DNA of 64,000 nt from Malacoraja senta (lineage: Eukaryota), in the NCBI GenBank assembly GCA_038087875.1, contig CM075990.1:5706001-5770000 (forward strand), read 5' to 3'. The notes under the pieces were generated by a model. The model saw only the letters and a program-made list of their open reading frames with translations, searched no databases and was not told where the DNA came from. Position numbers and translations under genes: made by a program. Below are positions 60,731 to 64,000 of the stretch, piece after piece. Each line of letters starts with the position of its first letter. Position 1 is the stretch's first letter.

Positions 60731-63084
60731 TCTTTCTTCCTTAAAGATTCGTTTTTTCTAGGCCTTCCACCTGTGAACTATGTCATTTTCCCATATTATG
60801 CTCCATTTATCAGTTTTTTTCCTTGCTAGCAGCCAGTTTATATCCCTTTGCAGATATTAATTGCTTACTCCTGCACAGTTTGCTTTCCCATTTGGGTTTA
60901 TATCATCAAGAAATATTCGCCCACAAACTTTCTCCTTCCCTTTTCTGTGTAATTGCAATGCCACAATGCTATGTTCTTGGCTCTGGTGGCTGCACTCCCC
61001 AGGGAAATACCTTTCCTCCGTTAATATTCAGAACTGAATACAGGTTAGAGAGGATGAAGGGAGAAAAAATAGCAGATTTTGGAAATCGGAAATATAAACA
61101 AGTTGCACGCAACATTCCAGGTGAGGCAGTATCTATAGAAAGACAAAAAAGTTAATGTTTTGGGTCAAGGATCCTGCCTACTTGCATTTGCCTGCCTCGC
61201 AGTCACGCCATTGTCTGCTTGCAATGTTTGAACTGAGGATGAAACCTGCTGAAATTCACTACCCATAAAACAGTCAACTGCATTGTTGGATAGCAGTGAC
61301 CAGCTATTGTTCACATTCCAGACCTTGTTTTGAGGTTTTCCGGTTCATGGGCAATGTCCTTAAATTCTCATGCAACAGTGTATGTTCATTCCATGGATCT
61401 GAGGTCCCCGATTGCCTCTAATTACTATATTAAGTTCCTTAGCAAATTAGTGGAGCACAGATAAATTGAGGACTTTGAATAATATGTGTATTTTATGTTT
61501 TTCTTATCCTGATTGAAGGTTATTCATTTCCAAGTTCTTCATTTAATTCAACCACTGTTTCCTGTATTTCCATAAACTCTTTGTCTGTTTCCCACATTGC
61601 CTTTTAAATGCATTGAGTCATTGTTTACTATGTTCCTTTTGTTTCCAGTCTCCTTTTATATTTATTTCTCTCTCTAGATTGTTCTCCCAATCAAAATGAT
61701 CACACCTTGTATTTCTCTCACTGTATTACTAGATGGACATATTTACTTGATTCTCTTCAATTACAAGCAAGATACAGTATTTTCACAAACTTTTCACGCA
61801 GGGCGATATGTATATGGAATGAGCGAAGTGCAATAACAATGTTTAAAAGCCATTTGGACAGGTTCATGTGTAGGAAGGATTTAGGGGTCTGGGTCAAAAG
61901 TGAGCAAATAGGACTAGCTTAGATGGGCATCTTATTCAGCATAGACAAATTAGGCTATAGAGCCTGTTTCTACACTGTGTGACACTATAACCATTTTAAT
62001 GAATTATAAACTGTACTCCAGGAGATGAATGGGTCATCCACACCTGCTTTTTTTTCTTGAATTGCATATATTTGAGATTAATTTCCATGAACTTAAAAGG
62101 TTGTTTTCCCCAGTAAGGTTTAAAAAAATATATTAAAATCGGGAATAAGTGGTTTGTCATTGGAATGAGAATGAGAAGTGACCTTGTACATTGTTTAGAA
62201 TACAAAGGAAGCAGTGTACATTTGTTTCTGACAATAAGAGATGAAAATATATAAAACTGTTGTTCATTGTTTTTCTACTAGATTGTTGTTTCAACAATTA
62301 AGTTAGATTCCAAAGAGATTTGATCCTGAAATTGACTATTAATGGCAACTTTCTCCAACTAAAATGCATGTAGATCCTGGGAATCTTTGTCTTGCATAGC
62401 TTGAAGGTACAGGAGCCTGAAATCTGCATCATCCAGGTTCAGGAATAGCTACTTCCCCACAGCCATCAGGCGACTAAACTCAACTCATACAAAACTCTGA
62501 ACATTAATAGCCCATTGCACTTTATCTGTTTATTTATTTGTGTGTGTGTATATATTTATTCAATGGTATATGGACACACTGATCTGTATTTATGCCTACT
62601 ATATTCTGTTGTGCTGAAGCAAAGCAAGAATTTCATTGTCTTATCTGGGACACATGACAATAAACTCTCTTGAATCGTGAAAAGGAAGCATCACTATCAT
62701 CCTGGAAGATAGAAGATAACCTGCGATACCTCTTGGAATTTTTCTCTCCCAAACTGTTCGCTGACATGTGAATGCATAATCTGGTTTAAGCATTTACAAC
62801 CTCCTGTTTAAGTGGTACATCGCCCCTTTAAATGGGTCTTGGGTTGGCTTTGGTTTGGCCTGTAGAAGTACTTCGGGAGGGTGAGGGAATTGCTCATTTC
62901 TTGCATGGTCATGTGGCATGTTTGTCAATCAAATTTAACTGCGATTTGGAAGATATAATAAGAGGATCTTAAATTGATGTTGGATTCATTTAGCTTAGGC
63001 TTTCCACCTATTTGAAAAAAGATCCGAGTTAAAAATCTCCTTGCAAGTAATTTTCCAGCTCGGAGTAAACCAGAGTAAAAGAGA

Positions 63085-63515
63085 ATGGAGCAGCTGGGCT
63101 TGTACACTCTGGAGTTTAGAAGGATGAGAGGGAATCTCATTGAAACATAGAAGATTGTTAAGGGTTTGGCCACGCTAGAGGCAGGAAACATGTTCCCGAT
63201 GTTGGGTGAGTCCAGAACTAGGGGCCACAGTTTAAGAATAAGGAGTAAGCCATATAGAACGGAGACAAGGAAACACTTTTTCTCACAGAGAGTGGTGAGT
63301 CTGTGGAATTCTCTGCCTCAGAGGGCGGTGGAGGCGGGTTCTCTGGATGCTTTCAAGAGAGAGCTAAATAGGGCTCTTAAAAATAGCGGAGTCAGGGGAT
63401 ATGGGGAGAAGGCAGGAACGGGGTACTGATTGGGGATGATCAGCCATGATCACATTGAATGGCGGTGCTGGCTTGAAGAGCCGAATGGCCTATTCCTGCA
63501 CCTATTGTCAATTGT
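63085..63515 (+). mobile_element. CR1 LINE 3' fragment (same subfamily as 11262-11800)
   Basis: ORF 63166-63429 (ESRTRGHSLRI..FFSQRVV) and the CR1 3' UTR. Confidence 0.9.
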
Positions 63516-64000
63516 CCTGCACCTTTTTGATAGTTCTGTTTCTTCATGCATTGTAATTTACACACAATAAATTATTTGTTACAACTGTTTTTTGCATATC
63601 TTTTTCTTTGCTAAAAGAAATTAGCAGAGAATTTTATTTTGATTTTAACTCCAATATTCTTGTGTGCTTATTCCTCTGAACTAAAGTATATACTCAATCC
63701 GTTCGATCTCTCCTTGTGTGTTTAAACCTACTTTTCCAACAACAGATCAAGTTAAACTTGCTGCTGTTTCTTGGTTGCAGGTATTTCCTTATTTTCGCCT
63801 TCCATCACAGTGACGAATGTGGAGTAGTCACTGTGGTGGATGTTTATGTTAAAATGTATTTGGTGTCTCCTGTTGCTTTTTATTTGAATGACTGATTTGG
63901 CAAATTAAATTATTCCTTGTATATTGCAAAACATACTTGGCTAATAAAGTATTATTGTGTGATTGTGTAGTTAGAGATCAGGCAAGTGGCAATCTTTTCA

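Noticed and set aside
1..64000. CRISPR arrays, retrons, DGRs or other prokaryotic RT systems; tRNA or rRNA genes
   Set aside because: No regularly spaced repeat-spacer arrays. All RTs are eukaryotic non-LTR types, and the tRNA-like boxes belong to SINE heads.

Overview
Repeat-rich vertebrate DNA, most likely a cartilaginous fish (skate/ray-like, inferred from HE1-type SINEs, abundant CR1 LINEs and Penelope-derived repeats). Two host genes are visible on the + strand: the last coding exon of PALD1 (paladin, 34925-35074) and the first two coding exons of ADAMTS14 (53209-53284, 53522-53889). No perforin gene is visible between them. Most other sequence is transposon-derived. Highlights: (1) a young 5'-truncated L1 with intact ORF2, flanked by a 398-bp apparently perfect duplication and inserted into the spacer of an old inverted repeat with ~600-bp arms; (2) many Penelope-derived short repeats, often palindromic, carrying a minimal hammerhead ribozyme core; (3) a possible pseudoknotted RNA upstream of L1 ORF2; (4) an inverted pair of ~1-kb MITEs bracketing the ADAMTS14 5' end. 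All alignments were done by eye, so boundaries of old repeats are approximate.
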